From: a bacterium
Lineage (GTDB): Bacteria > Patescibacteriota > Andersenbacteria > UBA10190 > CAIZMI01
Length of the DNA: 64,000 bases
Reading direction: 5' to 3'
NCBI GenBank assembly: GCA_030647555.1
Contig: JAUSJG010000007.1
Location: forward strand, 106,181 to 170,180
Numbering within the stretch: the stretch's first letter is position 1; the number at the start of each line of letters is the position of its first letter. Made by a program: the position numbers and the translations under genes. Below, one piece after another: positions 9,027-17,293 of this stretch. Below the pieces are notes generated by a model. It was not told the DNA's origin. It searched no databases and was given only the letters and a program-made list of their open reading frames with translations.

Positions 9027-9926
9027 TTATCCTTCTCGGTTTATTTTTTCGATAATCCCCGACAATTCTTCATCACTGTAAAATTCAATGATCACGTTTC
9101 CACCAGACTCGCCGATTTTTTTAATGCGCACGCGTGTACCCAACACACGCCCCATTTCTTCTTCATGCACAGCCAATTGGGGATCTTTTTGCGTCACGCG
9201 CTGATGCGATTGCACGTTTGTTTTTTGTTGAAAACGTTCAAAAGCTTTAGTGCTAAGTTTGCCTTCTAATATTTTTTGAAACGCCTCTTTTTGTTTTTCC
9301 GGTTCCGTAACGGCTAAAAGCGTTCGTGCTTGTCCAAAATTCATTTTGCCTTCCTTTAATGCTTTCTGCATTTCATCCGGTAAATCCAAAATACGAATAA
9401 TATTTGTAATCGAAGGACGCTCTTTTCCAACAGCTTGAGCGATTTCTCCGTGCGTCATATTAAATTCTTCGTGCAATTTTTTGTAGGCAATGGCTTGTTC
9501 CAAAACACTCAAATCTTCGCGCTGAACATTTTCAATGATCGCCAATTCCAATTGTTCCCGATCAGTAACGGGAACATGCACCAAACACGGCACTTCTTTA
9601 AGATCCGCTCGTTTCGCCGCTCTTAATCTTCGTTCACCGGCAATTAGCGTGAATCGATCGCCCGTCTTGGTAACAAGCAATGGTTGCAAAATACCGTGTT
9701 CACGAATCGATTGCGCCAGATCCTGCAAATCCGCCTCGGCAAAATCCTGACGAGGTTGCTCCGGATTGCGATCAATTTTTTCTACCCCAACCATCATCAC
9801 GCGATTGCCTGTCGCTTCTTCCGTTTTTGTAAACGGCATATAAGCGGTCTGCGTTTGCGTGACACCCTCTTCGCGCCGACTTGGAATTAACGCGGATAAT
9901 CCTCTCCCTAATCCTCCTGGTTTCAT
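9027..9926 (-). CDS. parB: Chromosome partitioning protein ParB/Spo0J
   Basis: GLGRGLSALI, QPRQDF, IAGERRLRA, IIENVQREDL, HTH. Confidence 0.97.
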   Translation of the reverse strand: MKPGGLGRGLSALIPSRREEGVTQTQTAYMPFTKTEEATGNRVMMVGVEKIDRNPEQPRQDFAEADLQDLAQSIREHGILQPLLVTKTGDRFTLIAGERRLRAAKRADLKEVPCLVHVPVTDREQLELAIIENVQREDLSVLEQAIAYKKLHEEFNMTHGEIAQAVGKERPSITNIIRILDLPDEMQKALKEGKMNFGQARTLLAVTEPEKQKEAFQKILEGKLSTKAFERFQQKTNVQSHQRVTQKDPQLAVHEEEMGRVLGTRVRIKKIGESGGNVIIEFYSDEELSGIIEKINREG

Positions 9927-10711
9927 GTTTGTGGTGTTTGTTGATTAATTAAAACGTTTATAGTGTTATGTACTTCTTCCGCAAAAGCTTGATAGGTTTG
10001 CGCGCCTTGTGAAGCATCATCATACTCAAATATATTTTTACCATAAGATGGCGCTTCTGCTAAGCGGATATTTCGAGGAATGACGGTATCAAAAACTTTC
10101 CCGGGAAAATGTTCACGCACTTCTTTAATTACATCGTGCGCCACTTTTACGCGCCGATCAAAAAGTGTTAACACCGCCCCAAGCACTTCCAAATCCGGAT
10201 GCAAATGTTCTTTTACCAATCCGATTGTTTGCAACAACTGCCCCAATCCTTCCAAGGCGTAATATTCGCACTGGACGGGGATCAAAACTTTCTCGGCGGC
10301 ACAGAGTGCGTTCATTGTTAAAACTCCCAAAGACGGCGGTGCGTCGACAATGATATATGAATAATGTTCTTTAAGCGGTGCCAAAATTTCTTTAAGACGA
10401 AACTCGCGATTGTCGACATTCATCAATTCTACGGAAGCACCGGCCAGATCAGCCGTGGCTGGCATAACGTGATAATTTTCTTGCGCCGTTTGTCTGATCG
10501 CGGATTCGTGCGACACTTCTCCACGTAATAATTCATATGTACCCGGCAAACGTTGCTCGTCCGCAATTCCCACCCCCGATGAAGCATTCCCTTGTGGATC
10601 AAGATCAACAAGCAAAGTAGGATGCCCCGCCCTAGCCAAACCTGCCCCAAGATTAACAGCCGTGGTCGTTTTCCCCACTCCACCCTTTTGATTGACGATT
10701 GAGATGATCAT
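9923..10711 (-). CDS. parA: Chromosome partitioning ATPase ParA/Soj
   Basis: NQKGGVGKTTT, DLDPQGNA, DAPPSLG, PVQCEYYALEG, IPRNIRLAEAPSYG. Confidence 0.97.
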   Translation of the reverse strand: MIISIVNQKGGVGKTTTAVNLGAGLARAGHPTLLVDLDPQGNASSGVGIADEQRLPGTYELLRGEVSHESAIRQTAQENYHVMPATADLAGASVELMNVDNREFRLKEILAPLKEHYSYIIVDAPPSLGVLTMNALCAAEKVLIPVQCEYYALEGLGQLLQTIGLVKEHLHPDLEVLGAVLTLFDRRVKVAHDVIKEVREHFPGKVFDTVIPRNIRLAEAPSYGKNIFEYDDASQGAQTYQAFAEEVHNTINVLINQQTPQT

Positions 10712-10785
10712 GTGATGCTCTCATTGTATATCTACGAGAAAGAATAGGAAACATGCGGTTATTTTTCATTCAATGAACCCAGATT

Positions 10786-10813
10786 TTGAATGATGAATGA
10801 TGATTTATGAATA
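10786..10813 (+). repeat. Solo ATGA(A/T)TN heptamer half-array
   Basis: TTGAATG ATGAATG ATGATTT ATGAATA. Confidence 0.7.
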
Positions 10814-10828
10814 CTGAACCGCGATATC

Positions 10829-10855
10829 GTAGGGGCGGACGTCCCCGTCCGCCCG
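10829..10855 (+). repeat. GTAG-type REP-like palindrome
   Basis: GTAGGGGCGGAC-GTCCCC-GTCCGCCC. Confidence 0.65.
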
Positions 10856-10889
10856 CGTCAACAATATCCAGTTTCTAGTTTCCAAATTT

Positions 10890-11024
10890 GTACCGGAGGA
10901 GGGAGTCCTTTTTCACCCAAAATTTCCGCTCGCTTTGCTCGAAGGAAATTTTCGGCGAAAAAGCCGGGGTTACATAAACAACTAAAGCAGTTTAGTTGTT
11001 TATGTAACCCTTCGACTCCCACAC
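10890..11024 (-). repeat. Duplicated tRNA-Leu 3' end attached to a double-hairpin element (att-like remnant)
   Basis: GTACCGGAGGAGGGAGTC at both 10890-10907 and 11072-11089; GGGAGTC/GACTCCC ends enclose two long hairpins. Confidence 0.75.
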
Positions 11025-11032
11025 AAGTTGAT

Positions 11033-11070
11033 TATATATAAAAGTCCCCAAATGGGGACTTTTATATATA
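11033..11070 (-). terminator. Hairpin immediately downstream of tRNA-Leu
   Basis: TATATATAAAAGTCCCCA-AA-TGGGGACTTTTATATATA perfect inverted repeat. Confidence 0.7.
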
Positions 11071-11072
11071 AG

Positions 11073-11155
11073 TACCGGAGGAGGGAGTCGAACCCACATG
11101 ACCGTAAGGTCACACGATTTTGAGTCGTGCGCGTAAACCATTCCGCCACTCCGGC
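11073..11155 (-). tRNA. tRNA-Leu (anticodon CAA), CCA not encoded
   Basis: GCCGGAG-TGGCGGAATGG...CACGA-CTCAAAA-TCGTG, long variable arm, GGTTCGACTCC, CTCCGGT-A. Confidence 0.95.
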
Positions 11156-11197
11156 CCTTGAAATAGGTTAGCTTATATCACTATTAATTTCAACGCT

Positions 11198-11223
11198 GTA
11201 GGGGCAATTCACGAATTGCCCTC
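11198..11223 (+). repeat. GTAGGGGCAATTCA(C/T)GAATTGCCC REP family
   Basis: Copies at 15464-15582 (with inserts), 22535-22559 and 32368-32422 (with insert). Confidence 0.8.
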
Positions 11224-11236
11224 GCGTTGCGTTGCT

Positions 11237-12418
11237 TTACTCCGTTTCGAAAAATAAAATGTTCAAACTTCTTTTGGTCGGAACCAAAGCTAGCTCCGCA
11301 TGGCACCAGCGAAGAGGCTTGATATCGGGATGCCGTATAAGGGGAATTTTGGGTTCAAGATTTTTTATTAATGGAGTCCCTTCCCTTAATAATCGCAGAG
11401 TCTTTGTGCCACCTGCCAAATAAGTTTTAGGGATTAATACATTGTTTTCTTTAAGGTTTTGTTCATAGTTTGCATCGGGGTTAATTCCAAGCAAATAAGG
11501 CTTCAGTATTTGTAATTTTTTTTCATACTCATCAGTTCCTGGTCTAAGCAAATCTATTTCATTTTTTTCTTCATAGGGATCTTCAGCCATCTTTCTTGTG
11601 TCAGGATTACTCATTACGGAATCAATATATTCGTTCAAATTTTCACTTCTATTGCTGAATACAAACACAGGTGTTCTGAACCCGCTCCCCATCCACAGAT
11701 TTCGAGTTGTACACCAAATTTCAGATCGTGCAATTAAATCCCCAGGAAACTCTCCTGATAAATCGGCGGCCCGAGACCGTTCGCCACCAGTTTTATAAAT
11801 TTCTTCAACACCATCATCAGAGTTTTTATAAAAACGCAAAACACTATCATTAACATCCTCTGTTCGCCTGGGAAAAATTTCTTGAAAATACATTCCTTCA
11901 TCAATAAATTTCCTTACTCTTCTAGCGGGACCATCCCCCTTAGATGCTCGCGTGGTAATTAAGCCAATTTCCAAAGCATGAATCCAAGCACTGTCGTTTG
12001 GATATTCACCATCGGTTAGAAATGAATATACATCATCAAATTTTGAAACTGCTGAAAAGAAAGGAACTTTTTCTTGAAGCGCTTCTCCCTCTTTATTAAT
12101 TTGATAGATCTCTTCTTTTGTTTCGCCTGCTGGAACAAGAAACCCCTCCGGAAACGGCGGTAACATCTCTCTTCTGCGAATTCTCTTTACTCCCGTTTCT
12201 TCTTGGCGATGTTTTGGCAATTCAATCACTTTTTCGCGGTACCTGATGCCAAGATCTTTATTTTCAACTATTTCGCCCCATTTACCTGGTTTCCCTTCCG
12301 GTTCGACAAAATCAGCGGGCATTTCAACTTTTTCGATTGATTCCGATTTTGCCTGTCCTGATTCAGCTTCTGGCAATTGTTCCGGTTCCGGATTAAACCG
12401 CGGTGCTTGTTCGTTCAT
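11237..12418 (-). CDS. Hypothetical protein (start likely MNEQAP, leaderless)
   Basis: Long ORF; TACAAT-6nt-ATG at the 12418 start. Confidence 0.8.
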   Translation of the reverse strand: MNEQAPRFNPEPEQLPEAESGQAKSESIEKVEMPADFVEPEGKPGKWGEIVENKDLGIRYREKVIELPKHRQEETGVKRIRRREMLPPFPEGFLVPAGETKEEIYQINKEGEALQEKVPFFSAVSKFDDVYSFLTDGEYPNDSAWIHALEIGLITTRASKGDGPARRVRKFIDEGMYFQEIFPRRTEDVNDSVLRFYKNSDDGVEEIYKTGGERSRAADLSGEFPGDLIARSEIWCTTRNLWMGSGFRTPVFVFSNRSENLNEYIDSVMSNPDTRKMAEDPYEEKNEIDLLRPGTDEYEKKLQILKPYLLGINPDANYEQNLKENNVLIPKTYLAGGTKTLRLLREGTPLIKNLEPKIPLIRHPDIKPLRWCHAELALVPTKRSLNILFFETE

Positions 12419-12467
12419 GTTTGAATTGTATATCATGACTCTCAAATCGAGAACGACGAACCTTTGT

Positions 12468-12509
12468 CCGATCACGGAGCGGAGCAACCTTGCTCCGCTC
12501 CGTGATCGG
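12468..12509. repeat. REP doublet with GGAGCAA-CC-TTGCTCC core
   Basis: Perfect 20-bp arms; same core as the RAYT-flanking palindrome at 14062 and as 41245. Confidence 0.85.
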
Positions 12510-12550
12510 TACTGGTTGTCACGCCCGCCTTTTTTCCCTACACTTCCCGT

Positions 12551-12698
12551 ATGCCCAGTAATACAACTTCCAATTACTGGATTAATTCCTAACTCTTGAA
12601 TGAATAAATATGCACAAATTGAACTTCTTAACCTTATCTTCCGCCAGTTTTGAACGAACCGCGTTCGTTCAAATTGGAAGTTGATATACTGGGTATGC
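12551..12698 (+). mobile_element. Start-codon-associated TIR element, copy 1 (ugd)
   Basis: ATGC-CCAGTAATACAACTTCCAATT ... TTGAACGAA/TTCGTTCAA hairpin ... AATTGGAAGTTGATATACTGGGT-ATGC. Confidence 0.8.
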
Positions 12699-14047
12699 CT
12701 AAAAATTCTACAAAACGCGTCGCAAAAGAACCTAAGACAAAGAAAAAGCGCATCTCCATCATCGGGACGGGTTATGTTGGATTAGTGTCCGGTGCTTGTT
12801 TGGCCGAAATCGGCCATCACGTTATTTGCGTTGACCGGCACGAGGATAAAGTGGCAAAACTTAAAAAAGGAATCAGTCCGATTTTTGAACCGGGAATTGA
12901 AGAATTAATCGCCAAAAATATCAAAGCGAAACGTTTGGAATTTACAACCGATTTGCAGAGCGCGATAAAAAACACCGACGTAATTTTCATTGCCGTTAAT
13001 ACCCCGCCACGACCGGACGGAAAAGCGGACTTGTCTTTCGTTGCATATGCCGCACGCCAAATTGCCGAAGTTTCCACAGAGTACAAAGTTGTTGTCGACA
13101 AAAGCACCGTGCCCGTCCAAACCGGCGAAAAAGTTTTAGAAACGCTTCGTTCCTACAACCCGCACGGCATTGAATTCGATGTGGTAAGTAACCCGGAGTT
13201 CTTACGTGAAGGGACGGCCATTTATGATTTCTTAAACCCGGATCGTATCGTTATCGGTACCGAGAATGAACGCGCGGAAAAAATTATGCGTGAAATTTAT
13301 GCGCCAATCAAAGCGCCGTTTATCGCCACCGATATTAATTCAGCGGAATTAATTAAACATGCGTCGAACTCTTTCTTGGCCACAAAAATTTCTTTTGCCA
13401 ACGCTTTGGCCGCCATTTGCGAATTAACTAATGCCAATGTCGAAGAAGTCACTTACGGAATGGGTTTGGATAAACGCATTGGGCCCGCCTTCTTAAAGGC
13501 CGGCGTCGGTTATGGTGGCAGTTGTTTTCCCAAGGACGTTTCTGCGTTTGTGAAAATTGCCGAAGAAATCAACTATGATTTTGGCATTCTCAAGGCTGTT
13601 GAAAAAATAAACGAAGAAGCCAAACAGAGCTTTATCAAAAAAATCGAATCCGCGCTTTGGATTGTTAAAGGAAAGACAATCGCTATTTGGGGTCTCTCCT
13701 TCAAACCCAACACCGACGATATGCGTAGCGCGCCGGCTGTAACTGTCATTAATCACTTGCGTAGTGAAGGTGCAATTATCAAAGCTTATGATCCACAAGC
13801 AATGGAAAAAGCACATAATGTGCTCGGTGACGAAAACATCACGTATGTAAAATCCGCGATGGACGCAACAATCAACGCCGACGCGCTTGTCATTATTACC
13901 GATTGGGACGAGTTCAAAAAAGCCGATTTGGAAAAAGTTCGTGCTTCCCTGCACCAGCCATTAATCATCGATGGTCGCAACATGTTCGATCCGAAAGTAA
14001 TGGAAGAAAAAGGCTTCTTGTATCATTCGGTCGGACGAGGTAAATAA
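12695..14047 (+). CDS. ugd: UDP-glucose 6-dehydrogenase
   Basis: IGTGYVGL, KSTVPV, SNPEFLREG, GYGGSCFPKD, FKPNTDDMR, DGRN. Confidence 0.96.
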   Translation: MPKNSTKRVAKEPKTKKKRISIIGTGYVGLVSGACLAEIGHHVICVDRHEDKVAKLKKGISPIFEPGIEELIAKNIKAKRLEFTTDLQSAIKNTDVIFIAVNTPPRPDGKADLSFVAYAARQIAEVSTEYKVVVDKSTVPVQTGEKVLETLRSYNPHGIEFDVVSNPEFLREGTAIYDFLNPDRIVIGTENERAEKIMREIYAPIKAPFIATDINSAELIKHASNSFLATKISFANALAAICELTNANVEEVTYGMGLDKRIGPAFLKAGVGYGGSCFPKDVSAFVKIAEEINYDFGILKAVEKINEEAKQSFIKKIESALWIVKGKTIAIWGLSFKPNTDDMRSAPAVTVINHLRSEGAIIKAYDPQAMEKAHNVLGDENITYVKSAMDATINADALVIITDWDEFKKADLEKVRASLHQPLIIDGRNMFDPKVMEEKGFLYHSVGRGK

Positions 14048-14061
14048 TTACTAACCAGCTT

Positions 14062-14105
14062 ACCACCTACGAGGTGGAGCAACCTTGCTCCACCTCGTAG
14101 GTGGT
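14062..14105. repeat. REP doublet at the RAYT 3' flank
   Basis: ACCACCTACGAGGTGGAGCAA-CC-TTGCTCCACCTCGTAGGTGGT, perfect 21-bp arms. Confidence 0.9.
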
Positions 14106-14119
14106 GCAAGGCAATAAAT

Positions 14120-14788
14120 TTATTCCAAACAAAGAGCCTTAATTTGTGCAAGCTCTTTTTGATAATTCGCTTGATCATTTGTAAATTTTTCGTATTGTTT
14201 TCCCGAAAACGGCATCAGCCCTGAATAATCGCAAACTGGAAATTTCACACTATCGCTTTTTACATACTCTAAAAATGAAGAATATGGCCAATCGGATGCT
14301 TTCTTGACTAATCCCGCGCTAACCGGATTCAAGTGGATATAGCGCGTTAAATGCAAAAAATGATTATCGTTGCTTACATTAACACTCTGAAAACGCCCTA
14401 CCCAAAGAGGCCCCTTTCGTTCAATTTTTGTATTAAAGTAACGAGCATAAGCATTAGAAACATCAGACAGATATTTTTCAATCCCGTGCTCTTTCAATTG
14501 TTTTACGACAAGATGAAAATGTGTCGGCATTAAGCCATAACAAATGACTTGAATGGATTTATCCTTATCCGCTAACACTCGGCTTATTTCTTCTTCAATA
14601 TTTTCTTTGTGAATTTTTACATCACGTAAAAATTGAGAGTATTTCTGTCGAACACCGGCATATGTGTAATACCTGATTAAATTTTTCATATGAAAAAAAT
14701 CGCCCTCCTTTTGAAATATTCTAAACCCCGCTATGCTTTTATTCATCACATGATAAATTTCACCATTTGCTAAAATATCTTTTCGCAT
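14120..14788 (-). CDS. REP-associated tyrosine transposase (RAYT, IS200/Y1 HUH family)
   Basis: YHVMNK, LMPTHFHL (HUH), GPLWVGRF, RYIHLNPV (catalytic Tyr), WPYSS; REP palindromes on both sides. Confidence 0.92.
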   Translation of the reverse strand: MRKDILANGEIYHVMNKSIAGFRIFQKEGDFFHMKNLIRYYTYAGVRQKYSQFLRDVKIHKENIEEEISRVLADKDKSIQVICYGLMPTHFHLVVKQLKEHGIEKYLSDVSNAYARYFNTKIERKGPLWVGRFQSVNVSNDNHFLHLTRYIHLNPVSAGLVKKASDWPYSSFLEYVKSDSVKFPVCDYSGLMPFSGKQYEKFTNDQANYQKELAQIKALCLE

Positions 14789-14816
14789 AAAGTTATTATA
14801 ATCCCAAAATCATCTT

Positions 14817-14839
14817 TGCTCCACCTACGAGGTGGAGCA
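14817..14839. repeat. REP at the RAYT 5' flank
   Basis: TGCTCCACCT-ACG-AGGTGGAGCA. Confidence 0.85.
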
Positions 14840-14949
14840 GGTTGACAAAACCACCCCAAAACGCAACACTGCCCTGTTGCGTCAATGTTGACGTGACGGC
14901 TGTGCGCATACCACAGTCATGCACATTTCTACTTCAGGGAGACATCGCC

Positions 14950-15414
14950 ATGTCTACGTCCGCGCAAACCGGAAAAAAGCCTAACAATCTCACTATCCAG
15001 TGGTGGATAGCAACGCTCGCCGACTTCTTCTCGCAAGCAGTCGACTTCATCAAAAAGGGATCACGATCCCAAGAGATGATTAATGCTTTGCTTAAAGCAT
15101 TTCGACTCTTCAAAGAAGACAAACTCCAGTGTGTCCTAAGCAAGGATGAATGTTCGACCGACATTGATTTCTATTTGAAGGTTTTGCGTCCAGGAACTAT
15201 TTTCCAGCTGGAAAAAGCAGGAAATGAAATTCGAATTTGCGACGCAAACTATAAAACAATCTACTGGCCTGGTCACCGCGCATGGATATCGATTCCGAAC
15301 ATCGACAGCATGGATCGCCTCTGGGACCTCATCTTCGGAATAAATCAAATGACTGGTTCAGGTTTAAAACTGGCTGAACACCAGGGCAATGAAATTCAAT
15401 TACTGAAACGTTAG
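14950..15414 (+). CDS. Hypothetical orphan protein
   Basis: GGGAGA Shine-Dalgarno before MSTSAQ, TTGACA at 14842, terminator ACCACCG/CGGTGGT-T7 downstream. Confidence 0.7.
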   Translation: MSTSAQTGKKPNNLTIQWWIATLADFFSQAVDFIKKGSRSQEMINALLKAFRLFKEDKLQCVLSKDECSTDIDFYLKVLRPGTIFQLEKAGNEIRICDANYKTIYWPGHRAWISIPNIDSMDRLWDLIFGINQMTGSGLKLAEHQGNEIQLLKR

Positions 15415-15463
15415 CCCCCCCCCTCACCACCGCACCACGGTGGTTTTTTTATTCGTTTACGCT

Positions 15464-15582
15464 GTAGGGGCAATTCCAGCCGTCGCTACCCACTTCGCTC
15501 ACCCTCCGCATAAAGCTACGGAGTGACGCAGTAAAGCTTCGAGGGTTAAGAAAGCTATGGCCGGCAGGCATGAATTGCCCAC
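15464..15582 (+). repeat. GTAG REP containing three nested AAAGCT micro-elements (30+30+33 bp)
   Basis: Compared with the empty REP at 22535 and the single-insert REP at 32368. Confidence 0.85.
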
Positions 15583-15644
15583 ATTTATTTTTTACACAAA
15601 TATATAAATCGAAAATATTCAACAAAAAAACAATGGTCAATAAT

Positions 15645-15727
15645 TCCATATACTATATACCAAATACCATATACAAATCTAAATATAAGAATAGTTAGTA
15701 ATTTAGAGGAGTATTATAGGAAACTAC
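15645..15727 (-). repeat. Repeat family A, copy 2
   Basis: Matches the reverse complement of 2638-2726; overlaps the stop codon of the 15724 gene. Confidence 0.85.
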
Positions 15728-16404
15728 CGCCCTGACAAATATCTCTCTGCTTCCGCCACTTCTTCCAGTGTATTCGCCGGCAACCACAAATCCGTCAATT
15801 CCGGATAAAACTTTTTTCCTTGTTTTATTAAAACATTCACCATATCTGTTGCTTCATATTCACCGCGCGACGAACGAGGTGTTTCAATTTGCATAAATTC
15901 CGGCTGCAGTTTTGCCGCACCCACCCAGGATAAATCGGAAATAAATTCTTTGGGTTTTTCCACCATATCGCTGACCGTTCCGTCCTCATTTAATTTCAAC
16001 ACGCCAAATCTTTCCGGATGTTCCACACGTCGCGCCAAAAGTGCCCACTCGCGTTGCACCAGTTTTTGTAAACCGGTTGCGCCATAAATATCATCACCAT
16101 ACAAAAGCAGAAATGGTCGGTTAATTACAGATGCCGCACATTTCACCGCGTGTCCGGTTCCGAGTTGTTGCTCTTGCACAACATAGGAAATTTTCTTACC
16201 AAAAGCATTATCTCCGTACAATTGTTTAATCATCTCGCCTTTGTAACCAATCACAAAAACAACCTCGGTTACTTCCGGCGGAAGATTTTTTAATGTGTAT
16301 TCAACAACCGGTTTTCCACAAACCGGCACCAACGGTTTCGGCACTTCTTCCGTAATGGGACGCAAACGCTTTCCTAAGCCCCCCGCGAGAATAACAGCTT
16401 GCAT
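15724..16404 (-). CDS. Sugar-phosphate nucleotidyltransferase (NTP_transferase family)
   Basis: AVILAGGLGKRLRP, PKPL, QLGTGHA, YGDD, VEKP, SSRGEYE. Confidence 0.92.
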   Translation of the reverse strand: MQAVILAGGLGKRLRPITEEVPKPLVPVCGKPVVEYTLKNLPPEVTEVVFVIGYKGEMIKQLYGDNAFGKKISYVVQEQQLGTGHAVKCAASVINRPFLLLYGDDIYGATGLQKLVQREWALLARRVEHPERFGVLKLNEDGTVSDMVEKPKEFISDLSWVGAAKLQPEFMQIETPRSSRGEYEATDMVNVLIKQGKKFYPELTDLWLPANTLEEVAEAERYLSGR

Positions 16405-16407
16405 GAA

Positions 16408-17118
16408 TTAAATTGTCGCCTGATTAGCGGTGCGTGCTTTCATAATATCGTTCGCCAAATCCAGTTGATCAGGATCGTTAACGGCCACCCAAAAACTTGT
16501 TTCAATCGCCTTACACTTGCGTCCGCGTTCGTTAATCAAAGCATTAACGATATCAGGCAATTCAATTTCTCCGCGCGTCGATGGTGGAACGGTCACATCA
16601 AAGAATTCTTGATCAAGCATATAACAGGCGCCAGCGGAAACATACGGCGAAACAAACTCTTTTGGTTTTTCCACCATTTTTTTGATGTAACCCTGCTCAT
16701 CTAAAACAAAAACACCAAAGTTTTGCCAGTCATCTCGCTTCATTGTAAGCGCAGCCATATCGGGCTCGGCAATCATTTTTTCCAGATCCGCTTTATTATA
16801 GATATCGTCTGGCGCGGTAATAATAAAACGACCCTTCACCAAATCCTTCGCCTGCTGGATCGCGTGACCCAAACCAAGTGGCGCCTCTTGGCGCACATAG
16901 GAAATTTTACGACCATCATGTTCACTGCCAAAATAGGCACGAATGTCATTTTCATAAGGCCCACCCACCACCAACACTAATTCGTCAATTGCTTCCGGCA
17001 AAGACTCAAGCATGTGCTCTACTAACGGTTTACCCAAAATTGGCAATAATTGTTTTGGACCCTGATATCTTTTGGCCATCCGACTACTTTTTCCAGCTAT
17101 AGGAAGAACAGCTTGCAT
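16408..17118 (-). CDS. Sugar-phosphate nucleotidyltransferase, tandem paralog
   Basis: AVLPIAGKSSRM, PKQLLPI, PLGLGHAI, PDD, VEKP, STRGEIELPD. Confidence 0.9.
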   Translation of the reverse strand: MQAVLPIAGKSSRMAKRYQGPKQLLPILGKPLVEHMLESLPEAIDELVLVVGGPYENDIRAYFGSEHDGRKISYVRQEAPLGLGHAIQQAKDLVKGRFIITAPDDIYNKADLEKMIAEPDMAALTMKRDDWQNFGVFVLDEQGYIKKMVEKPKEFVSPYVSAGACYMLDQEFFDVTVPPSTRGEIELPDIVNALINERGRKCKAIETSFWVAVNDPDQLDLANDIMKARTANQATI

Positions 17119-17293
17119 AGTAACTACGTAAGGTTATTAGTAAAGATTGTCTCTATCAACATAATAGTGTTAAATTCAGTTTTTGTGAAATGTTTCAAAC
17201 CTTCAATTTTTAATTTGAAATTTCTAATTTTTAATCAATTTGTAATATATAAATTTGAAAATCGCGTAACTTATTAATTTCAAATTCGTAACA

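Noticed and set aside
10890-11024. Possible second or intron-containing tRNA-Leu
   Set aside because: Only the 3' acceptor/T-arm half is present; there is no D-arm or anticodon arm.
10712-11236. Possible oriC next to parA
   Set aside because: No cluster of DnaA boxes; the region is explained by the tRNA and repeats.
12650-12694. Shared N-terminal peptide KLEVDILGM predicted for Ugd and ArgS
   Set aside because: An artefact of extending the ORFs to TTG codons inside the TIR element; not a protein motif.
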